DNA of 64,000 nucleotides, taken from positions 40,302,001-40,366,000 of the forward strand of contig NC_058368.1 of the NCBI RefSeq assembly GCF_018350175.1, given 5' to 3'. The notes under the pieces were generated by a model. That model made no database searches. It saw only the letters and a program-made list of their open reading frames with translations, and was not told the DNA's origin. This stretch comes from Felis catus (lineage: Eukaryota). Shown in pieces: positions 1 through 12,880 of the stretch (position 1 is its first letter; every line of letters starts with the position of its first letter). The position numbers and the translations under genes are program-made.

Positions 1-57
1 GATTCGAATTTAACAATAGAACTTTCTGTAACTGGTGCTAATGACTCACAACCTCAG
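1..57 (+). CDS. Probable 3' part of an internal coding exon of an unidentified host gene (DSNLTIELSVTGANDSQPQ), phase-0 donor
   Basis: Only frame 1 is open over 1-57. It ends CAG|GTAATT (good 5' splice site) followed by T-rich intron-like sequence. Protein not recognised; the exon start may lie outside the window. Confidence 0.5.
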
Positions 58-2558
58 GTAATTTTATTTTATTTTTTCCCTATTGAAACTTTCAGTTGCT
101 TCTGAACTGATTTCAATGTGAATAATGCCAGGGAAAAATGAATGCCTTATTTCTTTTTCGCTATTCAGTTTATTACCTTTAGAGTCTTTTGAAAAAAGTC
201 AATAAAATTTCTATGAAGATTCAAAGATAATTTACAGAAAATATAATGGCGCCTTTTACATTAAAAAAAACAAAAACAAAAAAAAACCACTTTTCAAGAA
301 CTGTTACCCTTAACACTGAAGTGCTGGTAGTTTCTGAAAGGCAGCAGAAGCCCTATCCACAGGGCGTACTTCTTCATGTCTGTCATCGTTCCTAAACTGC
401 CATCATATTCAGGCTGTCACCTCCATTTCTAATGGCTCATTGATTTCGGAAGTCATAGCCATTTCTTTTTCCTATTACTGTCAAGACAGTTGTGTAGGAT
501 AATAAAAATTAGGTAGCCTTACAAGGAATATCTGAATTTACATACGTGACTCATTTTCTCAGAAGACTGATATTGAACTGTGGGTAAAAGAATTAGGAAT
601 GTAAATACATGTGATTCATGTTATTGGGTCATATTTTAAGAAATGGGCATCTTTTATTATTTTTCTGAATTGCCGAATGATTAATCATCATATCTTTTTT
701 TTGAGATCCTTCTTGTTTTACTACTGTAGATTGTTGTGGCCTTGATATTCTATAATACTTAATACTTGAATTTCTCTTCAAACTATAGATTGAGCACTGA
801 AGTATTTTTATTTAAAATTTTATTTATGATATTTCGTTTATTTGTTTATTATTTAATTTCAAATCATAGAATTTAAGATTAGAAATCAGCATGCCAGAGT
901 TTGCCACAGACCTAAATTCACTTTTAATACTTCACCATGAGAAATCATTAGAAATATCTGGGGCACAGTGGTCGCACAGCAGGGAAATAATGTATACTCA
1001 CTTATATCACCTAGCATTGCAACAGATAATCTTTCATAATCTTTTATCTTGTTATGAAGTAATATTTATTATACAGACACCTGCTTTTTAAAATAGAATT
1101 CGATCACAGGCAGAGAGTTTGAATCTATAGCCTTCCCATATCCTGTGTTGAATCTCCTCAAAGTAGATTAGCAGTACCTAGCCATATATTTGCATAATAG
1201 CTTTTCCTTTCCCTTTTTGTTATTCCAATTGATTGCTTGAGAACACTACCTCTATTCCATTATTCCCCTGATAAAAACCAGCTGCCTGTTATGTAAAATT
1301 CATTTAATTTGCTGCTTTAAAGAACACTGTCCAAACTATTACCTTTGGTTTTCATCCTAAAATATCAAAAGAGACAAGGTCTCTTACAAGATTCTATCAG
1401 GGATTTCTTCCTTTTCTTTATTATTGGTGTTTGAAGGAGGAACTATACATGATAAGAGAAGAGAAATCATTAAAATCTTTGTGATTTATAATATCTGATA
1501 GCTTAAAGATATAAATCACTGCTTGATTCTCTTGGTGTTAGGGTCAACATATACCAATGAAATCTTCTAAAATTCAGCTGGTCAAAAAATTTATTTTCTT
1601 TACCTTTATTCCTCAATACTCCTAAAGTATGGTTTAATAGGAAAAATAAGAGAACTGCATACCATCCCTGAGATACAATTGATGCACCTCATCATTTTCC
1701 AGTATTGTAGTCAGTCATTGTAGGTATTAAACCGTTAATGCAGTATGTGTTTGTTCATTATCTGTAAAAGTCTACTTTACAGTGAGGCATACAAAAAAGG
1801 TTAAGCTCTGCTCACTTACTCAAAGAGTTTGTTAAGAGTCTTAAGAAAAGTAAGACAGAGATAAAATACACTATTAGACTGATGGTGCTTAGGTAATAAG
1901 AGAGAAGGATATGGTCAAGGAGAAATAGCAGAAGAGAGGTTATTTAGTTAAGCATACATGTGAAAATTTCATGAAAGTGATATGTATTAGAGTCCCTAGG
2001 ATTTCAAGTTAGAGATAGATGGATACATCCCAATAAGCAGAAAGTTTGCAATCAATCAATCAATCAGTCAATGGAAAGGGTAGAGGTATTTTTGAAAAGT
2101 CAGTTTGTTTCTAGTTTGTTTGAAATACAGAGAATATTAAAAAAGTAAAGGGTAAGGTAGAGCCAAAAGGGTTTAGACTGTTAGGCCAAGAGTTTTCTAT
2201 TTGCAAATGTCACAAAAAATTTTTGAGTTGAGAAATGGCATAATAAGATCTATGTTAGAAAATTATATTTGTAATTCAATGAAATATTTGAAGTGGTATA
2301 AGGGTTTTAAAAATTGAGCAAGGGGTTAGGATTAAGAAATAAAGGACAAACTCATGAATTAACAAAAGGTTAAAGAGTAGACAAAAATCTTGCAGTGTTT
2401 GGATCTAAATGAAAAGTATTGTATTTAAAAAACTGGGCATGATGTTATGCCCAGTGGTAAGAAAATAAAGATGTAAATGATAACCTCAATTTTGCATTTA
2501 TTTTCTTTTTCAAGATACCTTTGGACGATGTAAAATTTGATACAAGATTTTTATATAT

Positions 2559-3000
2559 GGGGACGCCTGGGTGGCTCAGTCAGTTAAGTGTCCGACTTTG
2601 ACTCAGGTCATGATCTCACAGTCATGGGTTCAAGCCCCGTGTCAGGCTCTGTGTTGACAGCTCAGAGCCTGAAGCCTGCTTCGGATTCTGTGTTTCCCTC
2701 TGTCTCTGCCCCTCCCCTGCTCTTGTACTGTCTCTCTCTTGTCTCTCAAAATTAAATCAATGTTGAAAGGGGCTCTTGGGTGGCTCATTTGGTTAAGCAT
2801 CTGACTTTGGCTCAGGTCGTGATCTTGTGGTTCATGGGTTCGAGCCCTGTGTTGGGCTCTGTGCTGGCAGCTCAAAGCCTGGAGCCTGCTTTGGATTCTG
2901 TGTCTCTCTCACTCTCTGCCCCTTCCCCAATCATTCTGTCTCTCTGTCTCAAAAATAAAAATTATAAAACTTTTAAATAAACACTAAAAAAATTAAAAAA
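2559..3000 (+). mobile_element. Two Can-SINEs: a second copy (~2769-2975) inserted in the A-tail of the first
   Basis: Two GGGG(C/T)..CTGGGTGGCTC heads at 2559 and 2769, each with tRNA-like body, (CT)n and A tail. Degenerate outer TSD aagatttttatatat / aagaattttctctat. Confidence 0.92.
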
Positions 3001-4014
3001 GAATTTTCTCTATGTTATTCATTATATTATGTACATGAAGATGACAGAGAGGAAGGGGTAATGGATATAATTATGGCCAACCACTCACGTGTATTGTTTA
3101 TTAAAATGCCAAGGACTGCTTCTATGGGTTCAGTTGCTAAGGACCTGCCTGTATTGCCACATGGTAACAGCAACACTTTTGTTCAAACAGTACCATCCCA
3201 TCTCTTAATGCTTCATGTCAGTGCCATGAGAATTGATTGATTGTGGTTCCTGGTTGTGCTGTAATATCTTCTTTAATGTATGTAACAACCCTGTGCTATT
3301 TATTTTATTTGTTAATGTGTATGTTTGTGTTTGTTCCAGAAAGGATGTCTCATTTCAGAAAGGTTGTAAAGTGGCTTGTAATATGTAATTAACATACTGT
3401 AAAAATAATTAGGAAAACCAAGGATATAAGTACAAAAATTGATATACCAAAAGGAATTAGACTGATGCAAAATATGCATTTCGTGAAAACCTATATACTT
3501 ACTTCAGTTAAAACTTTGTTCATATACTTTCCAGTAGCCAGTACAAAGAAAAAACTTGACCATTACAAGATTCACAGAAATTATTCCTGATCTTAAGTGT
3601 AGACAGAGCTGTCTCCTAAGAAGTCTGATAAAGAAGATACACTTCTTATGTATCATTTTCATATTTAGTTGACAGCACCGTCATTGAATTTTATTGTAAT
3701 GTCATGTACTTTCAAAGATAAAAGATTGTTGAATTGTATTAATGGAAAGTGGCTACTGAGTGGGGAAAAACTGTTAAGAGCATTTGGGGGGTTTGTCATT
3801 TATTTAAAATTTCCTACTCTTATCAGGGCTCAAATTAACCCTACAGTTAATATTTTATGTACTTCAGTGTCTGAATAATTAGTTCGTCTTCTCAAAGTGC
3901 TTTAATTTTGTAAAGTATTATTTCCTTGGGACATAATTTTATATTCAAAGGAGCTGTGTTATTCTAGGTTTCTCTTAAAGCATATTACTACATTAATTTC
4001 ACAGCCCTTATGTT

Positions 4015-4560
4015 ATGTTCCTGGTACTGTGTGCTCAGTGCTGGTGGTACAATGATAAGCAAAAATTGGTTAGTACTTGTCCTTAGGAGATTATAGTATA
4101 ACAAGGAAAATGTATATTTATATTATTTATATTTGTTTATATATATTTACTTTCTCTGATGAATTGTGAATAATTTATATGCTTTGAATGCAACAAATGT
4201 ATTTTCATCATTCTGTAAGTGCTTATAACAAGAGCATGATTTAGACTTACAATTCAGAAAAAAGTTTTCTAAAAAGGTTACTTGTAATGCCCTCTGAAAG
4301 GTGAAAAAAACCCCTGATTATTTAGACTATAAGAAAACCTTTTCCACAGGGAGTAGCCTGTTTAATGTCTCTCAGGTAAAAGCAAGCATGTGTATTTGAA
4401 AAACTATAAAATTGTCAGTGTGACTGCAGCACCAGGAACAAAAGGAAGTACAGAATGAGAAGGAGAATAAAGAGGGGCAGAGCATACAAAAACCTGGCAA
4501 AAATTTTGGTCTTTAGGCCATGACCATCAGTTTTATGTTTTGAAAACGAAAACCTCCAGA
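4015..4560 (-). mobile_element. L2 LINE remnant
   Basis: ctggtactgtgtgctcagtgctgg...gtccttaggagattatagt and later cagtgtgactgcagc resemble the reverse complement of the L2 3' region; highly diverged. Confidence 0.5.
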
Positions 4561-6084
4561 AGAGAAAATTTACTGATAGAAAGTTATAAGCTGGCTTTTG
4601 TATTTGTTGCGCTTGATGTTTCTCAGAGATAGGTAAATGGGAATATCAAGTTGGACTGACAAGAGTGGGACTCACTGTAGACAACTGATGATTTGGGGGC
4701 CATTAAAATGTACATTTTAGTAAATTCATGACTGAGGATGAAGTCATCATGGCATTATTTTTAACAAGTTCTTCATGTAAAATGTCCGTATTTGTCTCAT
4801 CTGTCTTATACCCATTACTTCTGCAGAGAAGACTGATAGAGGTGAATTTTAAATTCTGTGTGGAAAGAAGAATAAGAATTGATAGAGGAGAGCAGATGAG
4901 TACACTAGGGAAAGTGTGCAGTGGTATAGCAGTTTGAATGGGCTTTCAGGGAAGAATGATGCCTCAAAATTGTTGATGTTCATCAAAAGTGAGTGGTATT
5001 CTCTCAAAAGTGAGTTAAACAATTGAATAAAGTAGCTTATTTTTATTTGAATAAGATATTTAAACTTTTTAAAAAGATATTTAAACTCTTTGTCAAAAAT
5101 TATACCTTTTGTGATCTATATATTCTTTTTTTTATCTGTATATTCAGAATTTACTTGACATTTATAATTGCTAATCCATAAACTGTGTTTGAATTTGGTA
5201 GATTGAAACCCAGTTTATTTTAGCAACACTTATTCTATTTCCTTCCTAATTCAATAAGTTTAGCTTCATGAATTTGTGGTAAATAATATTCTGAAAGTGG
5301 AGGTGGGTTATAAGATGGAGGAGGAAGAACGGAAGATTTGAAGAGAGTAAACATTTTTGAAAATGTCTTCAGGAAAGATGAAAGGAAAGAACTGTGCAGA
5401 TAAATAGATAAATTTCAGGTAAGACAGTGGGGACCCAGATAGGGTGGTGATTCCTATCTGTACAGGTCTGTGATTTTATATTCCTCTCTATCATTAATCT
5501 AGGTACATATATAAAGAAGCCACTCTTCTGAGTTTTAATTACCCTGTCCATCCACATCCAAGGTTGAAGAACAGAATGACATGGGGAAAGAGAATTAGTA
5601 ACACCAGAAAACTGCTGGTTGATGTGCTTGGCTTAGAGTTGGAGAAGGAAAGAAGAGAAATAGAAATGGTTGATATATAATGCGTGGGTCACTAGAACGA
5701 TAGATATGGAGTCAAGAAATATAGTCTGGGAGGTTCATTTGAGATTAAATAATTAATGACTTGGTAGTTTTTGAAATAGGAACTACGGTAAATATGCAGA
5801 CTTTACCAATCAGCTAACTAGTAGTTAGAATTGTTCTAGTAGAAAAGAAGGTACAGTGTATAGTGATGAAAATGGAAGAAAAGTGATAAAAAAAGAATAT
5901 CACTAGAGAACAGAGGGTCAGGTAAACGAAGAGCAGACTTTAACTGAACTACCTGTTTAACCTTTACAATCATGAAAAACATTTAAAGGTGTTGAGTCTC
6001 TAGGAGTGTGTAAACGTGTGTATATGTACATGTTTGACTCTGTGCTGTTATTTTTCCTAGTTTATATCAATAAGGTTGATTTTT

Positions 6085-6352
6085 GCTGCAAATACAATAT
6101 TAGAGATGAAACAATCATTGAATGGGTTTACAAGAACATTAAAAATTTAGAAGGAAAGATTGTGAACTTGAAGACAAGACAATTGAAACTAAACATTAGC
6201 TCTGGGGGAAAAAAAATGAAAGTAAATGAACAGAATTTCAGTAACCTGTTTGAAAGTAGGAAGTTATCTAAAATATGTGTAATTGGAGTCCACAGGGAAG
6301 AAAGTGGAAATATTTGAATAAGTAATGCACAAAATGTTTTAAAATTTGGAAA
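6085..6352 (+). mobile_element. Old L1M ORF1 fragment
   Basis: ORF 6006-6317 contains ...LEGKIVNLK...SKICVIGVHREES, like the L1 ORF1 NIRIIGVPE motif, followed by atatttgaataagtaatg...aaaatgttttaaaatttg. Confidence 0.7.
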
Positions 6353-6359
6353 AGTCTGG

Positions 6360-6730
6360 TAGTAGAATTGATTCAGGTTTTATTAATGGCTCAATAAAGT
6401 CATCAAAGAATGGGAATTTTTATCATTTTTCTGTGCTATCAACTCACATTAGTTACTCTCACAGTTAAAGAACAGGTGCCTTAGCTCAAAGCATTAAATA
6501 TAGATCTAAAAATTTACACAGAACTGTTTCTTACATCATTTTAAGAAGAGAGTGTATAAGAGAGCACATGAGAGCCAAAGCAAGTAAGAAGACTTTCTTT
6601 TTATGTCTCTTTGGTCAGAGCCAAGTCACATGGCCATCAGTCATGTAGTCTGTGAATGGAATGGGAATGCATTATGGATTTCCTGAGACTTGTAGTGGAG
6701 GGTAAATCATGCAACAGTATTGAAGCCTTT
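6360..6730 (-). mobile_element. MaLR LTR remnant (MLT1J/K/L-like)
   Basis: ggctcaataaagtcatcaa and tatgtctctttggtcagagccaagtcacatggcca match old MLT1 motifs. Confidence 0.5.
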
Positions 6731-7157
6731 ACTGTATTAAAAAGAGAAGAAAATGGCTCTTCAGCATGCGAATTACAGTGTCTGCCAGTTCTGTTTCCTT
6801 TCCCTTTTGGTTATACATTAATTTATACAGAGCATCCTCAGATGGCTGTCTGCAGGCTTATTTCACTCTTTGATCTCCTTACATTTATATCATTTTCCTG
6901 GTCTCTTACTTTTCTCTACCTATTCCACCGTATCCTGATTTCTTCTTGCCAAGAAGAAGATTTCAGATAAATAAAGTATGTGTGTCACTGGAGGTTATTT
7001 TTCATCATTCATATTCTTGAGATGAATGAAACAAAAACAAGATAACCATTCACTTGCTGATGTTGACTTCCTCTCATAGCATCATATCATTTATCTTAAA
7101 TCACAAGATGTGTTCCACAGTACTCAGTGGAATTCTGTCTGGGAAGAAGGGAGAAAA

Positions 7158-7306
7158 AGAATAGTGAAAGTCTCAGACTAAGAGAAACAAATAATGTAGA
7201 AACGAATTCTTACACTTTGGATGGCAGGCAGAGAGAATAGTGAAAGTCTCCGACTAAGAGAAACAAATAATGTAGAAATGAATTCTTACACTTTGGATGG
7301 CAGGCA
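7158..7306. repeat. Direct tandem duplication, 2 x 73 bp, period 76
   Basis: agaatagtgaaagtctc...tttggatggcaggca at 7158-7230 and 7234-7306, 2 mismatches. Confidence 0.97.
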
Positions 7307-10300
7307 ATATGCTAGATTGTGGATATGTTAACAATTTTATTGGAATACGTCAAGGTTTTTAAGAAAAACGTGATATGGGAGAATAATGGAGGGTTTTAAA
7401 GACCATTCCTGACAGATAAATTCAAGACTACTTTGGAGGAACAAAATTTCAGTTTATCCTTTAAAAATATCAATCACTAGGGAGAGAAAGAGATGTAAGT
7501 TCATTCTTTACTAAAGGAAAAATGTGATTCAGATACATATAAAGGATTGTCATTGATACATAAATGATGACATTATAACGAGGGCTTAGTATAAGAAGTG
7601 GTAGATGATGAAACCAGAGAGGTAGATTACATAATCATTATGAACTTAGTCTTCCAACTAGTCTCAAGGTATTTAAATTTTTGTTAGAAATGTGAGATCC
7701 CATATTTAATGTTATTATTTATTATCTGTCAATACTATCTCTTTCTCCCACTAAATATCATGATGTTTAAGCACACTGTGCTTCCTGGACTCTTCAGATT
7801 TGTTACAAAATTTTAAAAAATAAAGGCCCATCTGTCTTTCATGTGTGACTGACTTACTATGTGTAATATGTAGTAGTTGTACATAGATTGTTTGAAACGT
7901 TTTGCCTCTCGTGGCAGAGAGATAGTTTACTTGTAAAGGTCATTTTTACTAGATGGCAATGACTAGCCGTACATTAAGCTAATATATGCAGAAGTGAGCC
8001 TGATACCATTTTGTATGCATTACATGCTTTGGAGAAAAAATGCACTTTGGTAAAAAAAAGATGGGAGAAGGCCTTTGGAAAATGTGAACTTTAATTTGAT
8101 TTGGCACATAGCAGTGTTCTAATCTTTGGTAGGCTTGCAAAAATTAATTTAAAATGTACATTTAAAGTAAGAAAGCTTGTGAATAGAATCCTAGATTGGG
8201 GTTGGGAGTGCGTATACTTACTCATGTGCTCACATACACATAAACACACATACACACACTTAGAGATTGAGTATTGAGTTTAGGCATTTAAAATTCAAAC
8301 ATTCCACTCAGACCAACACATACCTTTATTGCGCAGTATCACTTTGTACATTGTCAGGTCCACCTAGCTTACATCCCTATCTTTTTGGGAATATAATAGT
8401 CTCCGAGTGATTTTCTTCTTTTCCTCAGTAAAGCTGAAAGATTTTCTTTAGTTTTACGAAAAGAAACACTGGAGAAAAGAATGTGTAAATAGTTGTGATG
8501 TACACTAAATGCTCACAAAAATAGGAAATATACAAGAAGAATGTAAATTTTAGAGCGATAAAACTATTTTTAAAACCTGGAATCCTGTTTCTTGGTATGC
8601 TGTTTATTTTTTTAAAATCTTACACTGTAACTACTGTTAAATATGTCTTAAATATGTGTATTACATTCAGAGTATAAAGAACCAGTTTTATGATGTTTTA
8701 TTGAAACAAAGACCTACCGAGTTTTAATATATTTTGAATACTGAAGGCTGTCTGTGTAATTAACGGTCTGTATGTATTGCCCATGAAGATTTAAGCAGAT
8801 TGCCTATACATGGCATCCCAAACGAATTATGATATATGTATTCTGCTAAAAATCTATTTTGAATTAATTCTGTTGAGGCAGAAAGGTGTGCTCTTTGTTT
8901 TAATTTAAGGTGCGCTTAATGGTTATCAAACTGAGCATCTCTTTAAAGATTAAATTCATCTAATTGATGGAAGTGCTGCTTCTTATAGTCATCACAGTAT
9001 GATTCAATTTACTGGCGAAGGTGGGATGCCATTATGAAGAATTTCTCAGTGGGGTTGAAGACTTATTCCCAAACAGTTAGTGTCTATTTTTATACCTGAG
9101 TGGGAACAAAAAGAATTCCATGCTGAAGAAGAATAAGAAGTTAGAAAACATAAAAATGATAAAATTACATATGTTTTGAATTCATTGAGTTTTGAAAAAA
9201 TGTTAACCAAGTAAAGATTTATGTTACTTTCTGCTTTGAATTAAAATTTTTTATTCAAAGTATCTATTTTATCATAACAAAATATAAAACTGAGATGAGT
9301 ACATATTCATTGTATTTATTTTCATAAAAACTATTTTTTCACAAGATGAAGAGTAAAAGGTATTCCATTATTATTAATGCTTAATGATGTTTTCTTTGTC
9401 CTAAAAGTCCAATAAAGATCACTATCACTAATGTAGAAAATGGTATCTAGTCAATTTAGAGGTTTTAAAAAATAATTAACAGTTTTCTTCTGAAGAAGGA
9501 TTACTTTAAAATACCTAACAAAAATAGAGGAAGTGTCACCAACAGATTCCAACATACTTTGACTCGGGGCTGGCATACCCTATTTACATGCCAATGCTAA
9601 GGCTACACAAACTGAATGGCAGGTAGTGAGGAAAATATGGACAGATATTGTATGTTTTATGGTCGACCATGAGTGATAATAGAATGTTTCTATTTTTCAC
9701 ACTGATTTTATCATTTAATGTAAGTAAAAGTGAGGTAATCTTATTATCCAAGTACATAATTTATTCTAAAACAATCTGACTCCTGGTTAACTGAATTAGT
9801 TCATAAAGTATGAATAGGAATTTTTCTCCAGTGCATGAAGGAGACTAAAACAGTCATGATAGTTTTAAGGAGATTTAAGAGCTACTATTGTTTTACCTGT
9901 TATTTCAGGTGGCTATGAGAATTTTTATTAGGAATGAATACTACTCAATACAAAATATTAAGAATGACTTTGAAATGTATAGTTTGGTGTTTTGTGTCCT
10001 AACTCAGATTATTCAAATAATGGATTAATATAGAGAACTTATTGCAAAAACAAAATGTACTTTAATTTTGGAAATAAGCCTTCGTAAACATCTCTTTGGT
10101 TGTGATTAACATTTAATATCCGTGGCTCTACCATGGAGAATAGATTTTGAAATTTTTCTTTAAAAAGACTTTGATTTGAAAAAGAATATGCAATAGAAGA
10201 TTTAATAGAGTAAGATTCAACAAGCAAATGCATGTTGAAATAATTCCATGCTTTCATTTATGCCTGTAACAGATGCATCCAAATGATAGGAGTGAAAGCC

Positions 10301-11855
10301 TCTGAACACTGTTTTGACATTAAAGAGCAACAGATTCAGCTACAATGCGTAATTTATTTCCACATTTACTTCTTTGTTGTTTGTCTCAGACTAAAAAGAT
10401 TGAATGAACTTAAACTTGTGAAATTACTGAATATGCTTTCTCATATTTATAAAGAAAGGGTCTTTTTCAGCATGAATGCACATTACTGCTGACTGATATT
10501 GTGGCCACTTTTAATTTTGTACGCCATAGCCTTTTCATCAACAATTAGCTTTCGATTAAAACTGCCATGTCAGTGTCTTTAAATGCTTTCATATTAAAGA
10601 AAATAGAGTATGATATGCTGCCAGTTTTTTCACCAACATTGAAATGTACAACAGCAGTTGTTTTATTGTTGATTAACAGTTTAGGCACATGCAGAACTCT
10701 TCTTTAACTGCCATATGTATGTAGTAAGTTATTGTCTTTTAGAACTTTCATGATTGACTAGGGAAATGGGATTGTATGTTAAGCACATCAAGAAGAAAAA
10801 TATAACTTTGTATTTAAGTACTACTGGAGAATGAGAAATATATTTATCCTTTACTGAGGAAGCTGTGAATCCTTTGCTCTTCTGTGACTTGGAGAACTAG
10901 GTCACACTAATAATCAATACTCATATATTTGTCTTTGTTCATTTATATATGTGAACTACCATTTCTGGAGATAATGAATTAGGTTATTTGGGAAAATTTT
11001 CCTCCTGACAATAAGTAGGAGTGTTGAATAACATATATTCTTATAATCTTATTAAAAGCATCGAGAGCTGACAAGATAGCAAAAATTATTTGACCAAATT
11101 CTAAGAAATCTTACTGTCCAAAGGACAGAACAACTTGATAATGTTTTTGGTGTTAAGTGCACACTTTACTTACCTTTTGTGGAAAAAAAGAAAGTGCAAA
11201 CAAACATACAAAACACCCAAAATCAAAGTCACAGAAAGTGGTACTCTAAAAGAAGACCCATTACACAAAACAAGTATCTCTCTGGGTTAAAGCACAATAT
11301 AAGTGGGTGAGTCTTAGTGAAAAACAAAAACCAGATTTTAAAAGTCTTAGTAATCTAGGGATAATCAAGCCCTCACTTGACTTGAAGTGATTCCAGCCTG
11401 GTTGTGTCTGGTGAGAGGTTGAAGCAAATTTTAAATCTCTTAGAGGAGAGTAACCTCATTCAAGGTTACACATTGTTTCACATTTTTAAAAATTATATGG
11501 TAAACATACAGGTAGGGATTGTTGGCACACAAGCAAATTTGACCCCATAATGGAGATCCATTAATAAAAGGAGACAATTCATGAAAGAGACAAAGTCAGA
11601 CGTTAAGAAACCAACCCCTTTAGATCCCTGTAAGGTTACTGTAAAGAAATTCCACACCTAAATTATCCTGTTGAACTATAGAAAATAAATGACAATTAGA
11701 AAATTTCAGAAGAATATGAGTAGTGAGGGATAATAAAATCACTTTTAAAGGAACAATAGACTGTTGACTGATTTCCTGTGAGCAGCGATGGAAACAATGA
11801 ACACTGAAGTAACATCTTGTCATGTGCTAAATAAAAGAAATGCCACTCTAGAATT

Positions 11856-12066
11856 AAACAAAAAATTTTTTTTAATGTTTATTTATTTTTAAGACAGAGC
11901 ATGAGTCAGGGAGGGGCAGAGAGAGAGGGAGACACAGAATCTGAAGCAGGCTCCAGGCTCTGAGCCAACAGCACAGAGGCTGACACGGGGCTTGAACCCA
12001 CGAACCTTGAGATCATGACCTGAGCTGAAGTCAAATGCTCAACCGACTCACCCACCCAGGTGCCCC
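11856..12066 (-). mobile_element. Can-SINE (SINEC_Fc2-like)
   Basis: Reverse SINE ending ...cacccaggtgcccc; TSD tagaatt. Confidence 0.95.
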
Positions 12067-12180
12067 TAGAATTTTTAATATACAAAATATCTTTCAAGTA
12101 TTAAAGTGATAAAAGTCATTTCAAATGCCAACTTAAAAAAGTAGAAGTAGATGTTAAATTTTGGAAATTAAAAAAAAATT

Positions 12181-12375
12181 GGGGTGCCTGGGTGGCTCAG
12201 TTGGTTAAGTGTCTGACACTTGATATCGGCTGAGGTCATAATCTCATGGTTTCATGAGTTCAAGCCCTGCTCCATGCTCCATGCTGACAGTGCAGAACCT
12301 GCTTGGGATTGTCCCTCTCTCTGCCCCTCCCCTGATCACAATCTTTCTCTCTCTCCAAATAAACTTAAAGAAATT
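12181..12375 (+). mobile_element. Can-SINE
   Basis: ggggtgcctgggtggctcagttgg head, CT tract, aataaactt tail. Confidence 0.95.
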
Positions 12376-12553
12376 AAAAGATATTAAAACTAAATTTTAG
12401 AGAAGCAAATGACACCATTGATTGTCATTAGATGTCCTGGTTTAAAGGAGATGAGTTTTACTAAATGTACACAGAATAGAAAAGTTGAGTCAAGGGATAG
12501 GAGAAGACTTAAGCAAAAACTCACAAAGGGAGAAGAAAACCATTATAGCTACA

Positions 12554-12880
12554 TATGGTAGACCTAGAGGTTCTTGATCCATAACCCTTGCAAAGGAGTG
12601 ACGTGCTGCCCTAGTTGCCTTGAATGTTGTCAGCCTATAGGCTTACAAGTCTCAGTGACTTCAAGAATTGCAAACAGCGACCTCATGCAAGGTCATGCCT
12701 TCCTGGACTAAGCATATCAGATAACTGAGACAGAGGTATTAAGTCCCAGATAATTTAGCATGAATTGAGTCATTTCAGCTCCAGGGCTACCTGTAGGGCT
12801 GCCTGAGAGTGACAGGCCTATATCATCGCTCAGCTTCTTCTGATCTGTCTGGTCCACCCATTCCCTTCACAGGGAATTTC
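12554..12880 (+). mobile_element. ERVL LTR fragment, LTR16C-like
   Basis: caaggtcatgcc, cagctccagggctacctgtaggg and tcccttcacagg match my recollection of the LTR16C consensus. Confidence 0.6.

Noticed and set aside
7158..7306. CRISPR-like or prokaryotic repeat-array interpretation of the direct repeats (also 55543-55618)
   Set aside because: Mammalian DNA; the repeats are contiguous tandem copies with no unique spacers and no cas genes.
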